Assembly: GCA_030248215.1 (NCBI GenBank)
Contig: JASANG010003910.1
Span: 372,001 to 415,973 of the forward strand
Source of the DNA: Enoplolaimus lenunculus
Lineage: Eukaryota
Length of the DNA: 43,973 bases
Direction: 5' to 3'
Below are positions 33,811-43,973 of the stretch, piece after piece. The notes beneath the pieces were generated by a model. The model was not told the DNA's origin. It saw only the letters and a list, made by a program, of their open reading frames with translations, and did not search any database. Made by a program: the position numbers and the translations under genes. Each line of letters opens with the position of its first letter. The first letter of the stretch is position 1.

Positions 33811-35338
33811 GTGAGTGTACAGTTTTATTTTGGCCCCATACGAAGGCCTGCTCGGAAGAAAACTACGAAGTTAACCATTTGTTTGGTTTCTTAATACCAA
33901 AAACGTTTCTACCATGGAGTGGACATTCCCAATCGGGTTCCAATGTGCGCGGCGTAATGCCGCCTATAAACATGCAGTTGACAAAAAGTGCGGCTGGAAT
34001 ATTCGTGCGCATATTCGTTCGCATAGAAATATTTCGACTCGCGTAAAGATTAGGGGCGGAACGTGTTTCTACACGACTGCAACAGAGTAAGCTTAAGCTT
34101 TAGACTACTTCTTTAAGTTAGGCTTAGGCTTAATAGGTTTAGGTATAAGCTCACTTTTACGCCTAGGTTTAGGCTTAGGCGAAGGTTTAGGAATAATGCT
34201 TATACGGCTATTTCAGCCCTGTTCTATACATTGTCCAGTATTTCCGGAGTTTTACTAAAAATACCTACAAGGTTTCATTTTAAATACTTAATCATATTTT
34301 ATTCCAATATTTGAAAGCGTAACCTGAGCATAATTCATAAAATATTATGATTGTGGATGTAAAACAACGAACAATTGTCGAACAGCGCCCAATTACCGTT
34401 CACTTGAGAAAATTTTAAATATGGTAACTAAGCTGGAAATTTTTCATTTTTCATTTTATACACCTATGAAAAAAAATTGATATTGCAAGCACAAAGGGCG
34501 TAGTTGCACCATCTTGCGCATATATACTTATCGGCTCATATACCTCTTGGCAAAATAACGTAGGTTGGCCAACGGTTTCTAGAAACCCAAGCAATACGGT
34601 CAAAAATAGCGAAACCGTTTTACTTTCCCGGTTTGTTCAAAAGCGTAATTGTTGTGCAGTTCAATTTTTTGTTTACATAAATAAAACTTAAACCATTAGT
34701 TATACATGTTTTACGCTAAACTATCAATGATTTTAGTGAATAGTTTCCAATCAAATGATTTAGTTTAAATGTGCTCATACTGCGTTGTTTATCATAGGCA
34801 CATTTTCCGGAAGCTTGGACACCTTAGAAATTATAACACATTTGTTATTCATACCTGTCTTTTCTATTGATTCCCCAACCAAATGGACCTGCAGAAGCTA
34901 AGAAAGAATCAGCGTTCCTATGAAACATCAGGAGAATTCGAGTAAAAGTGTAACATCGCATGCGACTCATGTGTAATCCTTGCGTTTCGTTGAAACTTTT
35001 AGGGGCTCTGTAGCATAATCTGAGTACGGGCTTGTAATGCCATGACAAGTAGTTTAACATTTTGCATTTCGTTAAATACGGAGATTGCACGTCGTACACG
35101 ACGCACTGCGAAAATTAATATGCTAAATTTCTAGTTAACACAAGTATAGATCAACTAAAAACGAATAATGCTTTTATTTGCATTTTGTTTTGTCTAGCGG
35201 TTCAGCGTAGGTCGCAATATTAATCCTAAGCACCAGTCTGTAAATGTCGCGTAAATATGACGCCCCCCCCCAACTACGAGTGACCTATGTGAACCTAACT
35301 GTAGACATCCTCACCTCTCATTGGTCGATATTTTTAAT

Positions 35339-35528
35339 GGCCCATGTATAGAACATGGCCAGAAAAATGGTATAAACATATTCCTAAGCCTAAGCCTAAG
35401 CCTAAGCGTAAGGATGAACCTATTCCTAAGCCTAAGCCTAAGCCTAAGTAAAAATTTAGTCTAAAGCTTAAACTGGCTCTGTTACAGCTCCTCCGGAAAA
35501 CGATCCGGCCCTGTTGTATACATGGGCG
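35339..35528. mobile_element. TTAGGC-repeat MITE, subfamily A
   Basis: GGCCCATGTATAGAACATGGCC TIR and GCCTAA arrays. Confidence 0.82.
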
Positions 35529-36670
35529 TTTTGTGTACTGCATGAAACATTTTATGTCAAGAAAATTATCCTTGTCACTTCTAAAACCTCTAATAACAAT
35601 TTGGTTGTGAAGGTATTCGATTGCTATCAAACAGCGGTATTTTACCGTTGTGGTTAATACCAACTGAACTCCAGTATATTCTCATATGTTCGTTAAGCTT
35701 ATGACCAGTTCCGACGGAAACGACCCAAACCAAAACCCTAATTTGAGCCAGCCCGACCCATGGGAGGCCCTATCTTAGCAAACTAAACTTTTTTACCGGA
35801 CCTCGAAGTAATTGAGGTGTGAAACATTTTATTGGGGCCCCTCGAACCTGTTTCGGGGGGGGGGGGGCGAATATCCTAACGCTGGCCGTGCATGACTATG
35901 CTACTATTATTTTGGACGGTAAACTGCAGGCAATATGAACATTCCTAACACGATTTAATTATGATACAATGCTTGAAATAATAATTAATTACAGTGTCGG
36001 AATTGTAAAATTATACTTTACTTCGTTAAACTAAGACTGGCGCTAGGTTTGTAGTTGAATATTTTGAATTTTTCTGTAAGACAACGGCTGAACATAACAT
36101 CCAATTAAATTGAAGAGAATGGCAGAATGCTGCGTGTGCAAGCTATCGGTTTAGGGTTGCGCTATACTTGTCACGAGGGGCGCCGTCCGGTGCCATCCGT
36201 TGCCGTTGGGTGCTGTCCGAGACGTGCAATACCGCACGTTAATGTACCGTGACAGACGGCGGCGAGACGGCGTCGGACGTCATCAGAAGAACAGCGCCAC
36301 CCGTTACTTGCTACTTTCGTACATAAAAATTGTACCAAAACTATGAGCGTATTCAGATTTCCATTTATGCTCTTTTAACCAATTACAAGCTTGATCCTAA
36401 ACCTTTGCCTACTCGTAAGCTTTAGTTCATCTTAAAGTTTCGAAAAGTTGGCAAGACCATTGGGTTTATATATAGCAATGTCCTACGTCTATTCGAATTT
36501 TCAATATATAATTTGAAATTCAGGTGTTTAGAGATTCGACAGTTAAAGACCAGTCGCTATCTTCCAACAGTGCTACATTCAGTTGAGAATACCAAAGACA
36601 CCTTTAGATTCAGTGAGAAATAATGAACTCGTGATAACTCTAACAATCAAATTATTTCTATGGTCTGACG

Positions 36671-36816
36671 GGCCCATGTAAAGATCAGGGGCGAACAGTA
36701 TTTCTGTGGGACTAGAATAGAGTAAGCTTAAGGTTTGGACTATTTTTTGCTTGGCTTAGGCTTAGGCTTAGGAATATGCTTATAATACTGTTCCGCCCCT
36801 GTTCTTTACATTGGCC
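36671..36816. mobile_element. TTAGGC-repeat MITE, subfamily A2
   Basis: GGCCCATGTAAAGATCAGGGGCG TIR; TSD GTCTGACG/GTTAGACG. Confidence 0.82.
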
Positions 36817-37179
36817 GTTAGACGAATACAGGCCACTAAAATGTCAAATCATACGCAGCGCGTAGTTTTTTTTTTAATTTTTCTAAAAATAATTAATCCT
36901 GTACCAAATTTCAGGGTATTAACTATACTCTCTATTTATTTAACTTCCATTATGTGCCATACAAAACATAACTTTGATTCATGGACCCTATGATTTAGTG
37001 TGTCCCAGTTATTAATAGATCATCAATACGGCTTTTGCTTCGGCTTAAAACCAAATGGCAAAAAACACCAAGGGTTTTGGTTGTTTCGCTTCCAATTCCG
37101 GTATGAAATGAATGTGGTATATTTACTGACAGGTTTCGCTGCGTGTTTTTATGATCTTGATTTTTGGTTTAGTAAAATG

Positions 37180-37650
37180 AAGTCAGGCTGTTGAGGGATA
37201 CCAGAAATAATGAAGTCAGGCTGTTGAGGGATACCAGAAATAAGGAAGTCAGGCTGTTGAGGGATACCAGAAATAAGGAAGTCAGGCTGTTGAGGGATAC
37301 CAGAAATAAGGAAGTCAGGCTGTTGAGGGATACCAGAAATAAGGAAGTCAGGCTGGAGGAAACAGAAAAAAAACAAAACAAAAAAAAAGGAAGTCAGGCT
37401 GTTGTGGGATACCAGAAGTAAGGAAGTCAGGCTGTTGTGGGATACCAGAAATAAGGAAGTCAGGCTGTTGAGGGATACCAGAAATAAGGAAGTCAGGCTG
37501 TTGTGGGATACCAGAAATAAGGAAGTCAGGCTGTTGTGGGATACCAGAAATAAGGAAGTCAGGCTGTTGTGGGATACCAGAAATAAGGAAGTCAGGCTGT
37601 TGAGGGATACCAGAAATAAGGAAGTCAGGCTGTTGAGGGATACCAGAAAT
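37180..37650. repeat. 33-bp minisatellite (GAAGTCAGGCTGTTGWGGGATACCAGAAATAAG), about 14 units
   Basis: Near-identical head-to-tail units with no spacers; one unit replaced by A-rich sequence. Confidence 0.92.
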
Positions 37651-39296
37651 TTTTGAAGGAAAGCGCATGATAATAGCAGGCCCGTTGCCAGAGGAGGGCG
37701 GCTCCCGCGTTAACACAGGGTACCTGGTTTATACAAGTAGATAAACATTATAAAACACGGGCTGGATTTCCAAATCTCTGCTTAAGTGCGACTTAGTACT
37801 TAGGTATGTGCTAAGTAATTCCTTAACCATTTTGTCGTTGTTAAAGCGTACTTAAGTTAAGTAGATACTTAAATCGCTGACAAAATTTGGTATATTACAA
37901 ACTATCCGTTCAAGCATACTAACTTGGTCTATTGAAATGATATACTCATGGTGTCTCATTAATAGAAAACAAAACTATTACTTTTTTGTTATGATAATGG
38001 CTGACATTTGGCGCTTATTTAGTTTTGCTCAAAATTTTAAGTATTTACTTAAGTCGGCGACTTAAATTACTTAAGTATAACTTAATAAACACTCAAGTAA
38101 GATTTCAAAAACCTAGCCAAAATGTTTTAAGGTAAGACCCTTTCGCTCACGTTGTCTGTAACCATGACATAGCCAGCAATTCTGACACTAACTTTTCAAT
38201 ACAAAATTTATATTTTGATTTCGATCAGGGAAAACAGTCGAGACAGCTTGGATCCAAAAATGCAAAGGGGGGGTAGTTTAGATGGTCAATGAAATTTACG
38301 ACGTATATATCATATGCGGAAGAATACCTTTTACAAAGTTGGCTCTATTGAAAGTTTTTGCCACTTATCCAATAATTGTTTGTCAGCCGTTTTATACAGT
38401 TAATTGGTTGGATTTATCCCAACGGTTGGTTTCAAATCAATTTTTTCTATTGCCCGCAACAGTTGAATATGACATTTTTAACCTTTATTCATTATTTCTT
38501 GCGACGCGGTATATTTACAGTTTCAATTCACTTTAGCGATGTGCAGTGGCCGATCCAAAGGGTGAACAGCTTGCCAATGTCTCCCAACAACATGGATTAA
38601 ACCAAAAATTTTGTATTAAAATTGAGTAGTAAAAATTTGATTTGGCTTCGCAGTTATATGTCACGTCCGATTGCGGATCCAGAAATTTCTGACCGGGTAG
38701 AAACGGATGCGTAATATGTTTTGAAAAAAAGACCTCGATTTTCGTGGTGCAAGTGTGAAAACTGTGTAAAGTACGAAGACTTTACTATTTAGTCATAAAA
38801 ACGTTCTGATGAGGGGCGCACTCCATGGATCCGTGATTGTGATCCTCATCACACCCCTCAGAAATTTCTGGATCCGTCACTGTGCTAACACATCAAAACA
38901 AAACAGCATAAAGAAGAACATATTTAACGTTGCGTGCAACGTCTATATTCTCGCACGAACGAACAGACGGACCTAATTATAAAAGAGCGGTATGTATTTG
39001 GCACCACGGACAATTTGGTTGTAACAGCGTTCGCAGGTTTCGCTTTTTTTGCCTGAATACTAGATTGAACCGTTAAGAAATAAACCCTTGATAGCTGGAT
39101 GATTATTTAGAACAGCCAAAATGACACTAATTGATAGATAGCCACTTTGACACAAGTCGGCTTTATGGACGGCCAAGCCAATTACTTAAGTATAAATGGT
39201 TTAGTGCGCAAGTCTATTTGTCTCGGCAAACATTTCCTTGTCTCAAGTCAGTTGTCGCCTGAATATTTTAGTTGCTTGGTTATTGACTGCATCACT

Positions 39297-39503
39297 GGCC
39301 CATGTAAAGATCAGGGGCGGAACGTTTTTCTGTGGGACTGTAATAAAGTAAGCTTAAGGTTTACACTATTTTTTTGCTTGGCTTAGGCTTAGGCTCAGGC
39401 TTAGGCTTAGGAATATGCTCATTATTACGCTTAAACTCAGGCTTAGGCTTAGGCGTAGGAATATGGTTATAATACTGTTCCGCTCCTGTTCTTTACATTG
39501 GCC
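39297..39503. mobile_element. TTAGGC-repeat MITE, subfamily A2
   Basis: TIRs and TTAGGC arrays. Confidence 0.82.
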
Positions 39504-39579
39504 ACATTGCTAACGATGTTTTGGCTACGCATAGATAAAGCGTTTCCTAACGATTAGTTTAGTTGTTACAAAAAAATTG

Positions 39580-39947
39580 CTGTATTGACTCGAATAACAG
39601 GAGGGACTGATATTTATTTTGCCTGTTCAGAGAGTTTCCGTGTTAATGGATTGTGGACTGTTGTTTATTTTTAATTCACCCCATGTTACTTGAACACTAC
39701 ACACTTCTTTTTTTACATTTTTTCGTTTGGGCAGAGTTAACTTACTCCGAAGAATTTTGGTGATTTACGATGCCCGTTAATCTCTGTGTGTTTACATATT
39801 TTAGTAGTCTAGGCGATTTTTCTGCTTTGATCCTTTTATGGATTCTAGTTGGGACTAATGGACTGTGTCCACTGGTGAACTCTAATTTAGGGATTCCAAA
39901 CGATTAGAACTCTAAATTGGGACCCTCTCTTATTCGGGTCACTACAG
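39580..39947. mobile_element. Second copy of the CTGTAGTGACCCGAATAA MITE
   Basis: Right TIR CTCTTATTCGGGTCACTACAG-TA, degenerate left TIR, internal similarity to 2088-2534. Confidence 0.7.
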
Positions 39948-40421
39948 TATACTTATTAAGCATTACAAAAGTTTTTTCTTGATCGAATATATTTCAATTT
40001 GCTGCGAAATACATGAAACATCACAAAGTTTCGTTCGTAGGTTTCAATCATGAAGGACCTCCAGCGAGAGAATGACAAGAGGGTCCAGCCCTCGGTCCTT
40101 TACTAAAATTTCGCTTCTTCCCCTCAGAAATGTTTCACTATAGCTTGTATTAGCCACCTGAAATCCCCGTATGCCCCTTCGAAAGTTTTTTAGCCTCCTC
40201 TAACACCCCTGAAGCTAGGTGAGCTGGCTTCAGGACAGAGTTGATATGTGGGTAGTATACCATAATATTAATTAAGAAACGAAAGTCTATCAGATTTAGC
40301 GTGCGATAGGTAGAAAATCTTTAGCATACTTGCATGTTGAAAAATACTTAGTTGATCGTACGTTAATATGATGAACCATATATCTTGTTTTTTCCTTCGA
40401 AATTGCTTGTTTTGGCTTATG

Positions 40422-40558
40422 CACTGCAAAAAATGGTGAGTCAATTTGACTCTTTTCGAAATTAGCTCTACAGGACTATAAAAACTGAGTCAAATTCGAC
40501 GCCACCAGAGTCAAACGTTTTCGAAGACAGTCAATTTGATTCACCATTTTTTACAGTG
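40422..40558. mobile_element. MITE with CACTG(C/T)AAAAAATGGTGAGTCAA TIRs
   Basis: Inverted ends; internal match to 19555-19730. Confidence 0.7.
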
Positions 40559-41669
40559 TACCTATGCACCAGAATTAGTTTTCCAGCAAACATGGTACAT
40601 TTACAATTACTAGCGACGTACAGAAAGATTTTACCATACCGGACATACAGACAACTGTGAAAAAACGCTGAAATATTTGCCAGAATTGTTTGACGGTAAC
40701 TGTAAAAACAGTGTAAAAGTGTCAATTAGTTATCGCCGATCGCAACCTTTCGAGGAAGACAGCCTATGTCGTCTGCATTATTCCAATTGTATACGTATAC
40801 AAGATGCCTATACAAACAAGCAAATTTAAAACCATTTTAAAGCCTGAAATTATTAATTCTTAACGTTTTTGGACACAAATACACTTTATTCCGTTTCACA
40901 TGAATTCATAATATGTTCCAACTTCGCTTACTAAAACATGAACCTTTTCTTAAACAATGTTGGTCCCACTTGTAACCCTTTCGCACATGAATATTTTCTG
41001 TTTCATCCAAGATTTAATTTCAAGCGAGGATTTGAACGTCGTACTCTCAAACGGAATAAGTTTATAATCAACGGTTGAGCTCAAGATGGATTAGCACGTT
41101 TTCTGGAGATTTAGTGCTGTGCGTTCGTGTTGAGCACTCAGTCGGCACATTAGTTGTTCATAGTATACTTTATGCATAAAAGAGTTAAGCCATATTAAAC
41201 TGCCGGATGTATGTCACCGGACGCGGCAGCCGCTGGATGTTTTCGGATGCCGACATGCAGCAATCAGCACGGGAAAAATTTACTGTACGCCGCCGGATGC
41301 CAGCGCACGGCGCTGTAAAATTTTTTATTAAAACCCTCTCACATAGGGTCCACTGAAAGCATTTCAATATCTGTTTTAATTGTTCAGAACTACAGGAAGT
41401 AAGAGTACTGATCTATGCGTGTTTTGCGGCAACACATCGTGGTTAATAAACCAAAAAGTGTAGCTGGGCAAAACCAGCACAACTTTTAGTTTTCAAACCT
41501 ATTGATTGATGTTTTAATCCAAAAATGACACGGTCAGTGTTACTTTTACGTGCGTCCCGTTTTCGCGTGAGACACAAAGACACAGGAGTTTAATCGGGAC
41601 AAATTCATATACTTCTGCCGACAGCATTACGGGCAAGTGAGAAAACTGGACAGCTGCGAATTTTTTGCT

Positions 41670-42400
41670 GGAAAAACGGGACAGCAGCTAATTTTTCGCT
41701 CGCTGGGAACACGTGAAAACGGGACAGGTTCGTTTCGAGCAAATGGGAAAACGGGACAGCAGCTAATTTTTCGCTCGCTGGGAACACGTGAAAACGGGAC
41801 AGGTTCGTTTCGAGCAAATGGGAAAACGGGACAGCAGCTAATTTTTCGCTCGCTGGGAACACGTGAAAACGGGACAGGTTCGTTTCGAGCAAATGGGAAA
41901 ACGGGACAGCTGCTAATTTTTAGCTCGCTGAGAACACGTGAAAACGGGACAGGTTTGTTTCAGGAAATGGAAATAGGGGATAGCTGCAATTTTTCGCTGG
42001 AAAACAGAATAGGTTTGTTTTGGGCAAATGGGAAAACGAGACAGCTGCAATTTTTGGCTGGGAAAACGAGAACCGGGATAAGTTTGTTTTTGGCAAATGG
42101 TAAAACAAGACAGCTGCAAATTTTCGCAGGGAAAGCGTGAAAACGGGACAGTTTTCTTTAGGGCAAATGGGAAAACGGGACAGCTGATATTTTTCGCTGG
42201 GAAAACGGAAAAACTGTAGAGGCTTTGTTTTGCGTAAACGGAAAAATGGGACAGCTGTAAAATTTTTGATGGGAAAACTGAACAATGGGACAGGTCGGTT
42301 TCGGGCAAACGGAAAAACGGGACGGCTGCAAATTTTCGCTATGGGACAAATGGGAAAACGGGGCAGCTGCAATTTTTTACTGGGAAAACGGAATTATGGG
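41670..42400. repeat. 75-bp minisatellite built from AAAACGGGACA motifs
   Basis: Three near-identical 75-bp units (about 41673-41900) followed by progressively diverged units. Confidence 0.9.
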
Positions 42401-42920
42401 ACACAAATCAAATTCTTTTCAGTCTGTGCAAAATTTCTTAGATCCGAGTAGGGGAATGAAGATTTTCGTAGTTGGGGTTGCTCCATCTGTCACTCTCCTC
42501 TGTAATTAATCGCAGCCTTGGCAGCCACACCTGACTTGCATTTACAAAACTGCGAATGTTTTTCTTTCAAAACATTGTAGAGTTGAAAATTTCTAAACGA
42601 GGGGATGCGGAATGGATTGAAAATTTTTTTATCACAGAGTCTGACCCAAGACTATTTGGAAGTGGGACATGAACCAAACTGGAGGGAATGACCCCCAATG
42701 CTCTCCGTGCGGACGCCCTTGCAACAATATGCTTTCTTTGGGAAACGGTAAAATGGGGCAGCTATATATTTTTGTAGGAAAAACGGAAAAACGGGACAGC
42801 AATATTTTTTGTTAAGATTGATTTTATCAGGGGGCGCACTTAGAGACCCTAATCAGGATTGGGACTGCCGTCCCCAAGCCTCCCGCACTAAGCGATTTTG
42901 CTAACCAAACCACAAATAAC

Positions 42921-42945
42921 AACACCACCACCACCACCACCACCC

Positions 42946-43006
<61 letters not shown>
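42921..43006. repeat. (CCA)n(CAA)n microsatellite
   Basis: Direct reading. Confidence 0.9.
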
Positions 43007-43008
<2 letters not shown>

Positions 43009-43234
43009 TTTAACAATTTTCGCGTATGCACAAACAGGAGTAGCAAATGCTGCTCTTCGGCACAGTATTGCAGTCCCACGGGAAAACGGGACGCTCTTGA
43101 AAGTAACATGGGTCAATAACACAATAGAAAACATTACCCCTAAGCCTAAGTCTAACAGAATATAAACGAATTCCGCAATTTTAGGCAACGAAATATTTAA
43201 CATTATATTGAAACCCAGTAACAAATATCTACAG

Positions 43235-43321
43235 GAACACGAAGCAATTGCTCGAGACAAAGACAAACTTGAAGACGCATTAGAAAAAACAAAGACATCG
43301 CTGAGTGAAACTCAACATCAG
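43235..43321 (+). CDS. CRACR2A: CRACR2A-like exon 9 (EHEAIARDKDKLEDALEKTKTSLSETQHQ); gene continues beyond the window
   Basis: ctacag / gtataa sites; 87 nt, phase 0-0; coiled-coil continuation after a 9.4-kb intron. Confidence 0.7.
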
Positions 43322-43542
43322 GTATAAGTACGCATAAAAAGGCTTAAAGTAAAGAATACCGGGATATATTTCCTCCCGAAACTTCAGAAGTGACCAGAAA
43401 AAATACTTCTAACACGCTTCAGAGTAACCTTACTAGATGGTAGAAGTCAGAAATGTTTTCGTATGCAAAAAGTTATACCCTACAGAACTGAAATCTTGAC
43501 TACGCCCGAGTAGGTTTACAATATTGAGGTCACGTTATTGTC

Positions 43543-43758
43543 GGCCAATGTTACTTTTAAAGGCGCAACAGTAGATTAAGCGTATTCCTAAGCCAAAGCC
43601 TAAGCCTAAGCCTAAGCGTTGCAAAAATGTGTTTGTAAGCCTAAGCCTAAACCTAAGCATAAGCATAAAAGCATAAGGAAAAAATGCAATCTAAAATCTA
43701 AACCTACTCTTTTATAGACCCACTAGAAACCTGGACGCCCCTTAAAGTAACATTGGCT
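43543..43758. mobile_element. TTAGGC-repeat MITE, subfamily B
   Basis: TIRs GGCCAATGTTACTTTTAA / TTAAAGTAACATTGGCT; GCCTAA arrays. Confidence 0.8.
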
Positions 43759-43973
43759 CCATTCTCGAACAATTTTTATGAATTACAAAAATTTTTAAAC
43801 TCAATTTGTAACAAATTGTTGCTGAAAGGGTTTCCGATGCCTGAAGCTTGTGCAATTTTTACACGTTACTGAAAACAAACTTAGTATTGTAATTTTAATA
43901 AACTGTATTTTGTGCTGAACAAGTTTTAGCTGGAATTGATGAGAAAACAAAGTATTGTAATTTTAATAAACTG

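Larger units (their letters stand above)
41532..43114. mobile_element. 1.58-kb non-autonomous DNA transposon (Merlin-like) sharing the subfamily-B TIR, with an internal 75-bp tandem array
   Basis: About 40-bp imperfect TIRs: GGTCAGTGTTACTTTTACGTGCGTCCCGTTTTC on the left and, reverse-complemented, GACCCATGTTACTTTCAAGAGCGTCCCGTTTTC on the right. TSD AATGACAC/AATAACAC. Confidence 0.75.

Noticed and set aside
37180..37650. CRISPR-like array or repetitive protein (QQPDFLISGIP)n
   Set aside because: Units are head-to-tail with no unique spacers, the context is a eukaryotic intron, and no cas genes are present. The ORFs arise from the 33-bp period.
41388..41398. 11-nt microexon (ttcag|AACTACAGGAA|gtaag) in the long CRACR2A-like intron
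   Set aside because: Would break the frame between the phase-0 exons ending at 33810 and starting at 43235; no other support.
41605..42509. ORFs of 95-167 aa on both strands
   Set aside because: Products of the 75-bp minisatellite with no domain signal.
42888..43266. Poly-Thr/Val/Cys ORFs
   Set aside because: Translations of the (CCA)n(CAA)n microsatellite.

Overview
AT-rich animal genomic DNA with GT-AG introns and very high transposon density. The abundant (TTAGGC)n arrays match the nematode-type telomeric hexamer, so a large-genome nematode is a plausible but unproven source. Three spliced genes can be rebuilt by hand. (1) The last two coding exons of an unidentified membrane protein with a long acidic tail (+, 1148-3395). 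(2) A complete 9-exon FMN-dependent alpha-hydroxyacid oxidase (HAO/glycolate oxidase family; -, 22531-4027, 385 aa, all splice phases consistent, ends in -SNL). (3) The first 9 coding exons of a CRACR2A/EFCAB4B (Rab46)-like EF-hand/coiled-coil gene (+, 26251 to beyond the window). HAO intron 6 holds a 7.4-kb decayed Ty3/Gypsy LTR retrotransposon (5860-13258, -). Its integrase ends in a complete PHD finger at the position where chromoviruses carry a chromodomain, and this is the most notable observation. About 25 copies of a GG-terminated, 8-bp-TSD (Merlin-like) MITE family filled with TTAGGC repeats are scattered through the window. A 1.58-kb relative with the same TIR, a fossil pogo-like transposase and several other MITE families and minisatellites are also present.
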